From Promethearchaeota archaeon (GTDB lineage: Archaea > Asgardarchaeota > Hermodarchaeia > Hermodarchaeales > Hermodarchaeaceae): a DNA stretch of 64,000 nucleotides. How positions within the stretch are numbered: position 1 is the first letter of the stretch; each line of letters opens with the position of its first letter. The stretch covers positions 1 to 64,000 of the forward strand of contig JBHLPH010000001.1 of NCBI GenBank assembly GCA_048939625.1. Reading direction: 5' to 3'. Below are positions 10,111 to 20,250 of this stretch, one piece after another. A program made the translations under genes and the position numbers. The notes beneath the pieces are model-generated. The model saw nothing but the letters and a program-made list of their open reading frames with translations, was not told the origin of the DNA and did no database searches.

Positions 10111-10731
10111 TTGCCAGCTAATGCGGGAACCAAAAAAGACGGAACATTTCTTCGAGCTATGCAGCTAATCACCGATAACATTCAGACAAACATCGATTTT
10201 CTTAGAAAGAATCAGAAAATGGTCGTAGATTTTGTAGATGCCATTGAGAACACTGCGCGTAGAGGCGGATGTATTTTTGTTGTTGGAAGTGGTCGTTCCG
10301 CTATGGTTGGTCAAATGTTTCAAACGCGATTAGAGCATTTGAATGTCCCGGTCTATTTCGTCACAAATAGCCGCTCGGTACCACATCTCGATAAAGGGGA
10401 TCTTGTACTGGTAATTTCAGGTAGTGGTCGTACAGGTATCGTTAAGGCGATTATCGAAAGCTATCTTGATCAGAACCCCCATATTATCTCAATTACAAGT
10501 TACCCCGAAAGCTGGATTGGACGGATGAGTGATCTAGTCGTTAAGCTTCAAGGGCGAACAAAGGTCGATCTAGCCCGCAAGGAAAAAGGGGAAGATGCTA
10601 GCCTTACTCCAGAGGGCACCCAGTTTGAAATTGCGTCCGCAGTCTTTCTTGACGGAGTTATTGCAGAACTTGTGAAGCGATTTAACAAGAGTCACGATGA
10701 TTTAATCGCGGCTCACTCCCAAAGTACATAG
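10111..10731 (+). CDS. SIS-domain sugar-phosphate isomerase, 6-phospho-3-hexuloisomerase-like
   Basis: IFVVGSGRS, ISGSGRT, PEGTQFE, C-terminal His. Confidence 0.85.
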   Translation: MPANAGTKKDGTFLRAMQLITDNIQTNIDFLRKNQKMVVDFVDAIENTARRGGCIFVVGSGRSAMVGQMFQTRLEHLNVPVYFVTNSRSVPHLDKGDLVLVISGSGRTGIVKAIIESYLDQNPHIISITSYPESWIGRMSDLVVKLQGRTKVDLARKEKGEDASLTPEGTQFEIASAVFLDGVIAELVKRFNKSHDDLIAAHSQST

Positions 10732-10823
10732 CATCCTCATGATCGCTATAGTTCGAGTAGCCATGCGATTTCGAAAACTATATGAACGATTGTTAAAGCA
10801 ACATCACTTCGAGGCGAGTACAA

Positions 10824-11540
10824 ATGGCAAACAAATACCAATGTCCCCTCTTTGTTTGGAAAACTGGAAAGCTACTGGCTAACATCCATCAAGCCCTTAC
10901 TGACAAATGGGAAGTTGTCATGCACCCTATCGGCGAAATGGTGGAGATGCGAATTAGTGCTGGACAAAATATCGAACCCCTAACACTGAACCTATATGTG
11001 TCATCTGGAAAAGCTCTCTGGGGGTATATTGATCTCCCAGTGATCGCATCTCAAATTAACATACTTGATGCTGTGACGACCCAACTTAAAACAAAAACTG
11101 GGGCTACGTTGGGACCTGCGAAGCGCCGAGTTAAGTTCAAATTTGAAGGAGAAACCATCGAAACCGAAACCACAACGGCAGAGGTGTACAGCTGGTCGAT
11201 GAATTATGGACTACTTTATTCGCTCCAATCCGTTACTCGATTTTTAACTGCACTGGATGCCGCCCTCAGAGAACATGGCGGGCGAGGTTTGGAGGGTAAC
11301 GAATTTTTTGTGACCTACCGAGAGGGAGGTCTTCAGCTACAAGAGCCTTCGCTAAGTTTTGTCCTTGTCTCGGCTTGGGGCTATTATAGTGCCTTTCTCT
11401 ATCTTGGTGAGGAGAGTCTTGAAATCCAAATCTGTGATGAAGAGAAAGAAAAGTTCTTGGTTGAAGAGTTTGACAAAGTAATAGTCACCGCAAAAGAGCT
11501 CTTCGAGTCTGAAAATGAGATTACTTTGAAAGAAACGTGA
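10824..11540 (+). CDS. Hypothetical protein
   Basis: 238-aa ORF with upstream GAGG; 4-nt overlap with the next gene. Confidence 0.65.
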   Translation: MANKYQCPLFVWKTGKLLANIHQALTDKWEVVMHPIGEMVEMRISAGQNIEPLTLNLYVSSGKALWGYIDLPVIASQINILDAVTTQLKTKTGATLGPAKRRVKFKFEGETIETETTTAEVYSWSMNYGLLYSLQSVTRFLTALDAALREHGGRGLEGNEFFVTYREGGLQLQEPSLSFVLVSAWGYYSAFLYLGEESLEIQICDEEKEKFLVEEFDKVIVTAKELFESENEITLKET

Positions 11541-12127
11541 ATCTATGGTTCGGAGAGAGAGTATTGCCATCTCAGAATCCGACATTTCAATCTTCTTCTC
11601 AAGGAATCCTACCCCTTTCGCTTTGGATAGCCTTAGTAGCGATATTTGCAGCGAGTGGTATTGTCCTTCGCCAGATCGCAATTCCTACCTTCTCACCCTA
11701 TGTTACGCTTACACCGGGATTTTTACTGCCGTTACTTGCAGGTATAGTTTTAGGTCCTATAGGCGGACTCCTTTGTGGCATGTTTGTGGGGATTAGTGGC
11801 GCCTTATGGGAACCGTTCGTGATTCCTTTGATTGGTAATATTGCTCTTGGACTAAGCACAGGGATACCTAGTATTTTCCGTCACAGAATTCACCGGTTTT
11901 CGTGGATTCTAGTTTGTATTCTCTCCGCCGTGATGATTGGAGGATTCTTCCCCACCTTTTGCATTGAAGTTCTCGTTTTCGCAGTACCAACCTTCGTTGC
12001 GATATTAACAGCCAGTGTTGATGCTGTGCAGGCAGGAATTTGGGTAACAGTAGCCATTATTTTAGCACACACTGTGGTTGATCCTCTTTTACTTAGATAC
12101 CGGAGAAAGGATTCAAGCATGGAGTAA
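11537..12127 (+). CDS. ECF transporter S-component-like membrane protein
   Basis: AxxxA helix 1, LAGIVLGPIGGLLCG motif, 5-6 TM segments. Confidence 0.7.
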   Translation: MNLWFGERVLPSQNPTFQSSSQGILPLSLWIALVAIFAASGIVLRQIAIPTFSPYVTLTPGFLLPLLAGIVLGPIGGLLCGMFVGISGALWEPFVIPLIGNIALGLSTGIPSIFRHRIHRFSWILVCILSAVMIGGFFPTFCIEVLVFAVPTFVAILTASVDAVQAGIWVTVAIILAHTVVDPLLLRYRRKDSSME

Positions 12128-12186
12128 AGATTAAGTAGGATTTAGAGGATTAGCGCCTAGATGCACCTACCATTCGCTGACCAATA

Positions 12187-12942
12187 TTGGTGAAATTTAC
12201 CATGCCAGATGAAACCTGGGAAAGTGACGAATCAGCAGTTAGCGCACCCGAAGAACTCGTAGAAAAGCCGTCGATTGAGGTTCAAGAAGTCATAGTTCGC
12301 GAATACCCCAAAACCGTCCTCTTCTATCCAATGCTAATCTTTTCATTGATTCTTGGATTAGTAAACTACCTTATACCCTTCTTTATACTTGATCCAACAT
12401 TGCGTGATAGTTGGCTGTACACCATTTCATTCATATGGTTTATTCTCTTTTTCTTCAACTTACTCATTGTCACCTTTGAATTCGGAAAATCCATCGTCGT
12501 AGCACTAGCCCTTATCCTTGTCATCATAGTATTAGTCATTGTCCTCGTCTTCAATTTTTACGGTTATCTCTTTGTAATTAATCCTTCAACCCTTCGATTA
12601 TTCATAAGTACAGAAGCCCTTCTCGCCTTCTTCTGTGTCTTCCTCTTTGTAATCTTCCTCTCGTGGATAAAAACGCGTATATTCTACTTCAAAATCACCC
12701 CCAACGAAATCATCTACAAGAAAGGTATAATGGGGGATGTAGAACGGTATGGCACAACAAACGTTATGGTCCACAAGGAAATTCCCGACCTCTTCGAATT
12801 TCTCCTTCTGCGTTCAGGTCGATTGACCATATCCGTTCCAGGACGGAAGACAGCAATTATGCTAGATAACGTGCCCAACATCAATGCAGTAGAAACTAAG
12901 ATACTTTACCTCCTTCGCAGAATTGAAGTGGATATCGATTAA
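12187..12942 (+). CDS. Membrane protein with C-terminal bacterial-PH-like domain
   Basis: 4 TM segments then YFKITPNEIIYKKGI...GRLTISV, typical of bPH_2 domains. Confidence 0.6.
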   Translation: MVKFTMPDETWESDESAVSAPEELVEKPSIEVQEVIVREYPKTVLFYPMLIFSLILGLVNYLIPFFILDPTLRDSWLYTISFIWFILFFFNLLIVTFEFGKSIVVALALILVIIVLVIVLVFNFYGYLFVINPSTLRLFISTEALLAFFCVFLFVIFLSWIKTRIFYFKITPNEIIYKKGIMGDVERYGTTNVMVHKEIPDLFEFLLLRSGRLTISVPGRKTAIMLDNVPNINAVETKILYLLRRIEVDID

Positions 12943-12956
12943 TCAATAACATCATT

Positions 12957-13017
12957 GGGCGACAATCCTTCCTCCGCTAATAAAAGAGAAGAGTATCGCC
13001 CCACCCCTTTCCTTTTT
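12957..13017 (+). terminator. Hairpin plus pyrimidine tract
   Basis: GGGCGA...TCGCCC stem followed by CCCCCTTTCCTTTTT just after the stop at 12942. Confidence 0.45.
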
Positions 13018-13042
13018 ACCCTGTGTGATGCCATGATAAACA

Positions 13043-15076
13043 TTGAGTGAGCCCTCAATGTCTTCAGAGACGATTCTTCAGTCATGGTTTAAGAATTCCA
13101 TTCAACCGAGTCAGACTATGCTATGGGTCTCAGCAGTTGCACCAGATACTTTCCAGGGAGATCCATACATTTTAGAAAAACTTCTCAAACGCCCCCTGGA
13201 AATTCCGGACGCAATGGGACAACAACGAGCTCGCGCACGTTATATCTCTTGTTTACTCGCTCGAGCAATTACGGCTTTGAATCCGTCTCCCATGCAGATA
13301 GCTGCTTTTCTCCATGAATTTCATTACTTCCAAAATCCTGACACTCTTGTTCACAAACCACTTCCAGATAAACTCCTTTCGCAAATCAAGAACCTCATTC
13401 GTGATGAATTTGACCCCACCGCGTATTGGCAATATGAGCTTCGAACTCTTACCCAGCACTTTCAAGAGGGATTACACATTCTCCGAACACTCTTTAAAAC
13501 CCGGTTAAGTAAAAAAGAGACACCACAATTGAATTCCTTCTTTGTAAATGAACATGAATGGTGGGGAACCAACTATTACAACGAAGCCAATCTAGTTAAT
13601 ATCCATCCCCCCTTCCTTTTCCTTCCCGCTGTAAGCAAAAATCTTGTACTCCGAGACGCTGTCCGAGTGTTTCTTCCCAGGAGTTTTCGAAGCGCAATGG
13701 ATGTTCAAGAGTTTTCGAACATAATGGTTTCCGAACTCCTTAACCCCACCGACCAGCAACTTTGGTCAACCATCAAATGGAATGGAAGCCAGCCTACACC
13801 TGAACACCAAGAATGGATTTCCACAATAGCTAGTTTGACTCCGAAACTTATTGAGAAAAATCGACTCACGACTCTGTATAAACGGCTTTCAAAGATTGAC
13901 ACTCGTGTGTCACAGGTCCCCACAGGATCTTTCACTATCCTCACTCAACTCGAGCTCTCCGAGAAACTCCCAAGTCCCAGCCTCACAAAAGTCCAGCAAA
14001 CCATATTACTTCATCTTGCAAGAAATCCCTTAGCAAGTGAACGGCAACTCGCAAAAACCACCCAACTAGCCCGCGGAACCGTGAACAGAAATCTCCTAGC
14101 CTTTCAACAACAATTAGGCCTCCTTGTTCCAGGAGAGATGAATTATCATAAGATTGGACTTACACCACTACTTCTGAGGACCCATTCCCTTCTTAGTACC
14201 AAGGAAGAACTTTCCAAATTATCTGACCTGCGCGATGAACTAGAAGCTTTTCCGTATTGTATCCGCTTACATGCTCCTTCATACCAAACCCAGACCATTA
14301 TCCATGCAATTATTTCCTTGCCTGAATCCGCACTAATACACTTTTGTCAATACATGGAACTCTGGAAACAAGAAAGCGGAGTTGCTAGTGAGTTGTATCG
14401 AATTAATCGATTTGAATGGGGATGGGAATTCGATTCCTGGAAAGAATTTCTACCAACTGAATGGAAAATCATGGCAAGTAGCCACCTTCGATCAGAGAAA
14501 TCAGAAACTAGCCTGCATACATCATTGGATTATACAGAACCAAGAATTAAGCTCACTCGTGAAGCTTTACGCATTTTGTTGATTCTACAACACGATATGC
14601 GGATAAGCCAACGTCAGTTAGCAACCCGTGCTGAAACCTCCGTGACCACTGCAGCAAACCATTACAATAAACTAATCCCCCACGTCATAACGCCATTTTT
14701 TACATACGCAAATCCACCTCTCCCTGAGGGATTTATCACTGCAGTGCACAGCTCTTCAATCGAATCCTTAAGGCAATTCTTAGACGGCATTCGTCTACTC
14801 CCCGCATATCAGGCATGGCATCTCTCCTCTCTAGATTCGGAGGAATCAGCCTCAGTTCTACTCAATATTAACTTACCTCAAGGAGGTCTCATCCCCTTTC
14901 TAACAGTCTTCCCTGAAGTTACAAGCTATTATGATTTAATCCCCACTTTACCAGTTCTTACATCCCGATCACTCCCCCAAATACATGGGTTACCACTCGC
15001 CCTTTTCAAAACCGTCGGACAAGAGTGGATGTGTTCGACAAGCCTTCTCGAGTCACTATTTAGGCTTCAATCCTAA
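13043..15076 (+). CDS. Large regulator-like protein: N-terminal helical domain(s) plus tandem Lrp/AsnC-type wHTH modules
   Basis: Two HTHs: LARNPLASERQLAKTTQLARGTVNRNL and LQHDMRISQRQLATRAETSVTTA; NYHKIGL linker typical of Lrp. Confidence 0.7.
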   Translation: MSEPSMSSETILQSWFKNSIQPSQTMLWVSAVAPDTFQGDPYILEKLLKRPLEIPDAMGQQRARARYISCLLARAITALNPSPMQIAAFLHEFHYFQNPDTLVHKPLPDKLLSQIKNLIRDEFDPTAYWQYELRTLTQHFQEGLHILRTLFKTRLSKKETPQLNSFFVNEHEWWGTNYYNEANLVNIHPPFLFLPAVSKNLVLRDAVRVFLPRSFRSAMDVQEFSNIMVSELLNPTDQQLWSTIKWNGSQPTPEHQEWISTIASLTPKLIEKNRLTTLYKRLSKIDTRVSQVPTGSFTILTQLELSEKLPSPSLTKVQQTILLHLARNPLASERQLAKTTQLARGTVNRNLLAFQQQLGLLVPGEMNYHKIGLTPLLLRTHSLLSTKEELSKLSDLRDELEAFPYCIRLHAPSYQTQTIIHAIISLPESALIHFCQYMELWKQESGVASELYRINRFEWGWEFDSWKEFLPTEWKIMASSHLRSEKSETSLHTSLDYTEPRIKLTREALRILLILQHDMRISQRQLATRAETSVTTAANHYNKLIPHVITPFFTYANPPLPEGFITAVHSSSIESLRQFLDGIRLLPAYQAWHLSSLDSEESASVLLNINLPQGGLIPFLTVFPEVTSYYDLIPTLPVLTSRSLPQIHGLPLALFKTVGQEWMCSTSLLESLFRLQS

Positions 15077-15114
15077 AAATGCAAAGAAAGGTATTATTAT
15101 TCGACTAGTTCGTT

Positions 15115-16350
15115 TCAGATCCAGTCGCCTGTTTCGAGTTTAGTGGGGAGATAGGTATCAGCTAAGAATTCAAAGCCGTGACTACTCAGCGCTTGAATTT
15201 CTGCCTTTTCTTTGCGTTTAACCATTAGGTGGATATCAGCTACCCACTTTGGGTTTTGCGCAACGAAAGGTTCTTCCATAACTGCCTTTGCACGTTTGAT
15301 ATCTTGTGGAGTCATGCGTAGACGACACTCCTTGGGAATATTGTATTGGTCGAGGTCTCTACCCAGAACACCGAGTAATTTCAAGTCTGGTGTGGCTAGG
15401 AAAGGGCTTTCATAACTCAACCGCTTACTGCCCCGAAGATAGACGCTATGAATATAATGCCCGAAGGGATCTGCGTCGACAAGAGTGAATGCGGGAAGCT
15501 TCAATTCTTTCGATAGGCGTCGAGCAAAGATGCGACTTGCGATATCAGGAGAACCTTTAGCAGTCAGAAGGATGCAGGGATATTTATTCCACCATTTAAC
15601 CTCACTAAGCCGAAGCATGGCTGCATCCTTTTCAACAATAAGGAGGAATTCAGCATCCGATTCTACGATTTCCACTCGATCCAAGAAAGGTGTAATCGAC
15701 CAACCACCGGTGCCCAGTTGGGTGCAATCAATCCGATCCCCACTATCTTCCAGTACTAATCGACCTAATACCGTGCCTTTCGCACTAGCAACTATATGAG
15801 TTGATTCACGGTTCGTGCCAAGAAGGGGTCCAATATCATCGATAGTCGTGTCTGATTGACGTTGATCCTCGAAGAGTTTAACATCGTTATAGAAGATTTC
15901 TCGTTTCGTCGCATGAATGTTCTTTTCTAAGAGTTCGTGGACGATTTCTAAGACCCGGATAAGTCGGGTTACATCCTTGGCAGTGCGAAGATTCCCTAAT
16001 GAGCGTATTGTTGTTTTTTCGCCAAGTAACAAGAGATCGTTGTCTTCATCCCAAATGATGTTTCCGCTTCCACGTAATGGGAGTTCAAGTGAAGGAGGAT
16101 TCCCCTTCCCAATTTCTTTGATGAGAGTGCGCATTAGCTTATGGATTTCTTCATGTAACTTTTCAGTGTCTTTTTCAGTGACAAGTTTTACACCGCGCGG
16201 TAATTTTGCACCGGTTTGTGTATCTTGAAGGTTTTTACGGAGTTTTTGTACAGCAGCAAATTTATCATTGACAGAACGTTCGGTACCGGGCAGGGATTCC
16301 TCGAGTGTTGAATTTTGAGCCGCTCGACGTCGTCGGCTTCCACTACTCAT
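15115..16350 (-). CDS. top6A: DNA topoisomerase VI subunit A (Spo11 family)
   Basis: TKREIFY (catalytic Tyr), VEKDA, TAKGSPD, VDADPFG Toprim DxD, KAEIQAL. Confidence 0.96.
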   Translation of the reverse strand: MSSGSRRRRAAQNSTLEESLPGTERSVNDKFAAVQKLRKNLQDTQTGAKLPRGVKLVTEKDTEKLHEEIHKLMRTLIKEIGKGNPPSLELPLRGSGNIIWDEDNDLLLLGEKTTIRSLGNLRTAKDVTRLIRVLEIVHELLEKNIHATKREIFYNDVKLFEDQRQSDTTIDDIGPLLGTNRESTHIVASAKGTVLGRLVLEDSGDRIDCTQLGTGGWSITPFLDRVEIVESDAEFLLIVEKDAAMLRLSEVKWWNKYPCILLTAKGSPDIASRIFARRLSKELKLPAFTLVDADPFGHYIHSVYLRGSKRLSYESPFLATPDLKLLGVLGRDLDQYNIPKECRLRMTPQDIKRAKAVMEEPFVAQNPKWVADIHLMVKRKEKAEIQALSSHGFEFLADTYLPTKLETGDWI

Positions 16351-18236
16351 TCTGCAGCCACCTCCTGTGTTTCTTCCATTCTAGCCTTGGCTGAAGGCTC
16401 GATTCCAACAACTTTGGTGATGACTTCTTCCAATTGCTGTGGGAGCGCTTGCAGTTGTTTCTTAGTTATTTTTGAATCGGTTTGTTGAATGTTCACAATT
16501 GATTGGCCAACAATGCGTGAATATCGAAGAAGTACATCTGCCCGTCGTTCTTGTTCACGGCGTGCAATTACTCGAACAATATGGCGACGAAGTTTTCGAC
16601 CTACTTCTTCAAAAGCAAGTTTCAATTCACGAAGCAGGATATCATCCTCGGCGAGAGCTTGCTTGGATTGGGCTTTGAAGATAAGATGGACAAAAGGACC
16701 AACTACATTAGCAAAGAGCCGGACGGAGCCAGTGGGAAGGCCATTACTGGCAACATCCATGCGGTAATTACGCCAATTTACGGATGCTGCTGCTTTCCAA
16801 ATTGCACAATCTGAATTATCTCGAAGTTTGGGAGTTCGATTCACGAATCGGTATAAAACTCCAACTCCGGACTGATTGGAAAGTGCAGAATCATAAACCG
16901 CGGCGACTTCTACTGCAAAAGCCAGACCTTTACTGCTGGTGGGTGGTCGACTAACTGCTTCAACAAATTCCGCTTTGAAAATCTCTTGTAAGGTTTGCCT
17001 GATCACTTCTTCGCCCACTGGAACTACAGTTTCGGTTGGGGGAGCATAATATTTCTCAGAAATGAAGCTGGCATAAAGAGCTTTAATTTGGGCTTGCGTG
17101 AGTTGCTTGGGCGAATGCTTGGATGTAATCGGATCGGTGCGCATACGCTTCGCAGCTTTTGCTAAAATCTGTTGTGCTTTTCTTCGGCTTAATCTGCAAT
17201 AACTGTTGGCAAGAAATTCAGTGAGTGTTTTATTGGTGGTATTTCGAATGAGATCCTGGAAATCTCCGATACTTGTTGATGCTGGATGAGGCATAGCATA
17301 ACTGGGTTCACGTACGAATTCGCGAACTCGCCTTGGATAAATGTAAACATCGCCATATGGGTCGATGAAGATTATATTGACATGGGCATTCAAGTAAGAG
17401 GTTTGACGGACGTATTCATCTGCATACCCGCGTCGATAAGGAAGATTCAGAAAAGAGAGTTGAAGGTAGGTCCCATGATTGAAAGACATGGGAATTGCAG
17501 TTTCTTTTAAGAGGTAATCTTTTTTGTTTTTACTCGTAGTGAAAAAGATTGATGTGTAACCTTGACGTTCAGCCGGGTGCCGCGTGGCTACAATGATCGG
17601 TCGACCGGTTGTATTTTGCGCATCACTAAACGCACTTGAAGCTCCAAAGCCTTGGCTTCCTCGTGTTTGACAGAGTTTGAAGCTTTTGCTACTAGCGAGG
17701 TAGAGCCCATATTGTTGTAGGTCGCGTTTTGTCATCCCAATTCCGGTGTCCAAGGACTCAAAGCTATACATGAGGAGATTTCTTCCTGCGACCTCCGAGG
17801 GAAGGATTTCTGGTTTCTCCAACTCTTGAAGAACCATGAGCAAAATAGGCTCGTGGTGGATAATTCCGCGAATTGGAGATGCCAATAGTTTAATTCGTTC
17901 AGAAATGGCTGTGGCTGAAGTGGGTCGACGAGTGGTCTTTAGCGGTTGAGGGACTTCAGGATAAGAAACAGTCTCTGGTGGCTCGTCGAGTACAATGGGG
18001 GTGGGTGTGGTCTTTTTCGATTTTGAACCACGAGTCCAATAATAGGTTTCGATGGCATCAAGGGCATTATCACTAAACTCTGCACAGTATTGGGTGAATT
18101 TGTGCATTTCCATGGAGAACCCTACAAGTTGAGTACGTTTCCGAAAGAACTCAGCGACTTCCCCACGCCGGATGACACTATTCTTTTCGGATTGGCGAGT
18201 TGGTTCTGCTTTAGCATCTAGTGTAGTTTTTCCCAT
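16347..18236 (-). CDS. top6B: DNA topoisomerase VI subunit B
   Basis: AEFF, EFSDNALDA, DTGIGM, RGSQGFG (GHKL ATPase), H2TH region, RFVNRTP; ATGA overlap with top6A. Confidence 0.93.
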   Translation of the reverse strand: MGKTTLDAKAEPTRQSEKNSVIRRGEVAEFFRKRTQLVGFSMEMHKFTQYCAEFSDNALDAIETYYWTRGSKSKKTTPTPIVLDEPPETVSYPEVPQPLKTTRRPTSATAISERIKLLASPIRGIIHHEPILLMVLQELEKPEILPSEVAGRNLLMYSFESLDTGIGMTKRDLQQYGLYLASSKSFKLCQTRGSQGFGASSAFSDAQNTTGRPIIVATRHPAERQGYTSIFFTTSKNKKDYLLKETAIPMSFNHGTYLQLSFLNLPYRRGYADEYVRQTSYLNAHVNIIFIDPYGDVYIYPRRVREFVREPSYAMPHPASTSIGDFQDLIRNTTNKTLTEFLANSYCRLSRRKAQQILAKAAKRMRTDPITSKHSPKQLTQAQIKALYASFISEKYYAPPTETVVPVGEEVIRQTLQEIFKAEFVEAVSRPPTSSKGLAFAVEVAAVYDSALSNQSGVGVLYRFVNRTPKLRDNSDCAIWKAAASVNWRNYRMDVASNGLPTGSVRLFANVVGPFVHLIFKAQSKQALAEDDILLRELKLAFEEVGRKLRRHIVRVIARREQERRADVLLRYSRIVGQSIVNIQQTDSKITKKQLQALPQQLEEVITKVVGIEPSAKARMEETQEVAAE

Positions 18237-18471
18237 CTGAGATTACCCCGCTTGGAATGAGCACCGACTAAAACCGTTAACCGTGTTGACAAGGAAGAAG
18301 AGACCTTAAATCTTTACCTCAGGGCTAGAAGGCTTCTCCGGTATCTTGAGGATACCTTGAACTGCCTTCTTGTCTCGGTTAATGGAGCTGGCGCCACATG
18401 AATTTCGCGCGGATTGAGTTTTGCGAGAGTATGTGAGGAATTTGGACACCTTATAAGCCTAATGGGGGGTG

Positions 18472-19692
18472 TTAGCGAGAATTGAACTTAGCTGCGGGAC
18501 TCTTACCTAAGGCAATCAGAACGTCTCGCACAATTTTGATATCGTTGAGATAGACGAATTCATTATGGTTGTGATAATTGGTATCATGGCGAATCGTACC
18601 AAAACACACAACTGGTATTCCAGCTTGAGCGAGAAGGGCGCCATCATTCCCTCCTAAATCCGCTGCGATGGGAAGAGTCTCACCGACCACTTCTTGTGCT
18701 AATTGGGAGAAATGACGAATGAATGGATGCTTCATATCTGTGAAATACCCATCCACATTATTGAGAATTTTTACATCCTCAATGACTGTCTTCTCTTTCG
18801 CTGCCAATTCCGAGATATATTTTCGTAGATCAGCTTCGGCTTGTTTAGAATCTTCTTCTGGTATCAGGCGTCGGTCAAACCGTATCTCACATTTGCCAGG
18901 GATGACATTTTCTTTTTCACCAGCGTGTATCATCGTCACGGTGAACCGACCATGAACTTTAGGATAAGGGGCTTCAGGTGGAGCCTTCAATTTACTACGA
19001 ACCTTTGACACGGTGGAATGGTACCGTTTGAGTTTTTCAACAAAAGCAGTAGCTCTGTAAATTGCATTATCGGCTTGTTCAGGATACCCACTATGACCTC
19101 CTTCACCTTTGATAATGATTTGACCCCAGAGTGCACCACTTGCCCCGATGCTAATATAATTGGGAGCACTATCAATGACGACGCCGGCATTTCCATGGAT
19201 ACCAATATCGTCAAATAGATATCCAATTCCTGCTCGTCCTCCAATCTCTTCATCCACTGTGACTAACAGTTTGATATTGACTTCAGGTTCACCTTTGGCT
19301 AGCTCTCCCATAGCACTCATTGCTGCAACTATGTTGGATTTATCATCTGCAGCCCCACGTCCAAAGGCTCGATCACTAGTAACCCGAAGACGAAAGGGGT
19401 GTGTATTCCAGTTTGATTCATCAGCGGGAACGACGTCGAGATGCGTGACGAAGAGTAAATCCACATCTGTGGTTCCATCCAAAGAGACTATCACGTTAGG
19501 TCGTGATTCTCCGTCGATAGTAACATCACGCCCATCTAAGACTTCAGTGCCAAGTCCTAGTTGTTGTGCTGTGAGTCGAATCATCTCTGAGCATTCTGCA
19601 TAACCCATCCGAGATTCATTGGTCACGGTGGTGTTGATTTCAACTAGTTTTCGCAATAGATTCAGTTCATATGCAAGTTCTGTTTCTGCCAT
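18472..19692 (-). CDS. M20 metallopeptidase/deacylase (ArgE/DapE family)
   Basis: THLDVVP, GRGAADDK, DEEIGG, GHSG, GGND, YHNHNE; start moved to ATG 19692 behind GGAGG. Confidence 0.92.
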   Translation of the reverse strand: MAETELAYELNLLRKLVEINTTVTNESRMGYAECSEMIRLTAQQLGLGTEVLDGRDVTIDGESRPNVIVSLDGTTDVDLLFVTHLDVVPADESNWNTHPFRLRVTSDRAFGRGAADDKSNIVAAMSAMGELAKGEPEVNIKLLVTVDEEIGGRAGIGYLFDDIGIHGNAGVVIDSAPNYISIGASGALWGQIIIKGEGGHSGYPEQADNAIYRATAFVEKLKRYHSTVSKVRSKLKAPPEAPYPKVHGRFTVTMIHAGEKENVIPGKCEIRFDRRLIPEEDSKQAEADLRKYISELAAKEKTVIEDVKILNNVDGYFTDMKHPFIRHFSQLAQEVVGETLPIAADLGGNDGALLAQAGIPVVCFGTIRHDTNYHNHNEFVYLNDIKIVRDVLIALGKSPAAKFNSR

Positions 19693-19818
19693 GGCCTGCC
19701 TTACCTCCAAGGTATTACTGCTGGTGTGGAATCTGTAAAAGCCTACCGATACCTCAGCATTTTGATACGATAACATTATTTTTGCGGAGTGATTACGCAA
19801 TTATAGAAAGGCTTCACA

Positions 19819-20250
19819 ATGAGGGACATGATGATTAACGCTGAGAAGTCAAGACGACGGTTATACGCATTTATTCTATTCAATATCATCGAAGAAGTCA
19901 TCATCGCTATAATTGCTTTCATCATTCTGTTCATCTTTCTTCCACAGTTCTTGGTTTTGGGAATGACAATTGTGGCAATCGGATTAGCGGGTTTTACCAT
20001 AGTGAAAATTTATTCATATTGGTCGAGTTCTTCAATTCCTGTTTATGATCCAGTAATTGGACAGCAGGGAACAGCACTTGCCAGCTTTTTCAGAGAAGGA
20101 GAACTTTGGAAAGGAAAAGTAAGTGTCCGGGGAGAAGAATGGAAAGCTCAGGCAAAAGAAGCCATTATAGAAAATAGCCAGATATGGGTCGTTGGCATCT
20201 CAGGTCTTACCTTATTCGTAAGTACAACCCCAGACGCCACAAAGACTTAG
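19819..20250 (+). CDS. NfeD-family membrane protein (C-terminal OB fold)
   Basis: 2 TM segments, then IGQQG...GKVSVRGEEWKA...VVGISGLTLFV. Confidence 0.85.
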   Translation: MRDMMINAEKSRRRLYAFILFNIIEEVIIAIIAFIILFIFLPQFLVLGMTIVAIGLAGFTIVKIYSYWSSSSIPVYDPVIGQQGTALASFFREGELWKGKVSVRGEEWKAQAKEAIIENSQIWVVGISGLTLFVSTTPDATKT

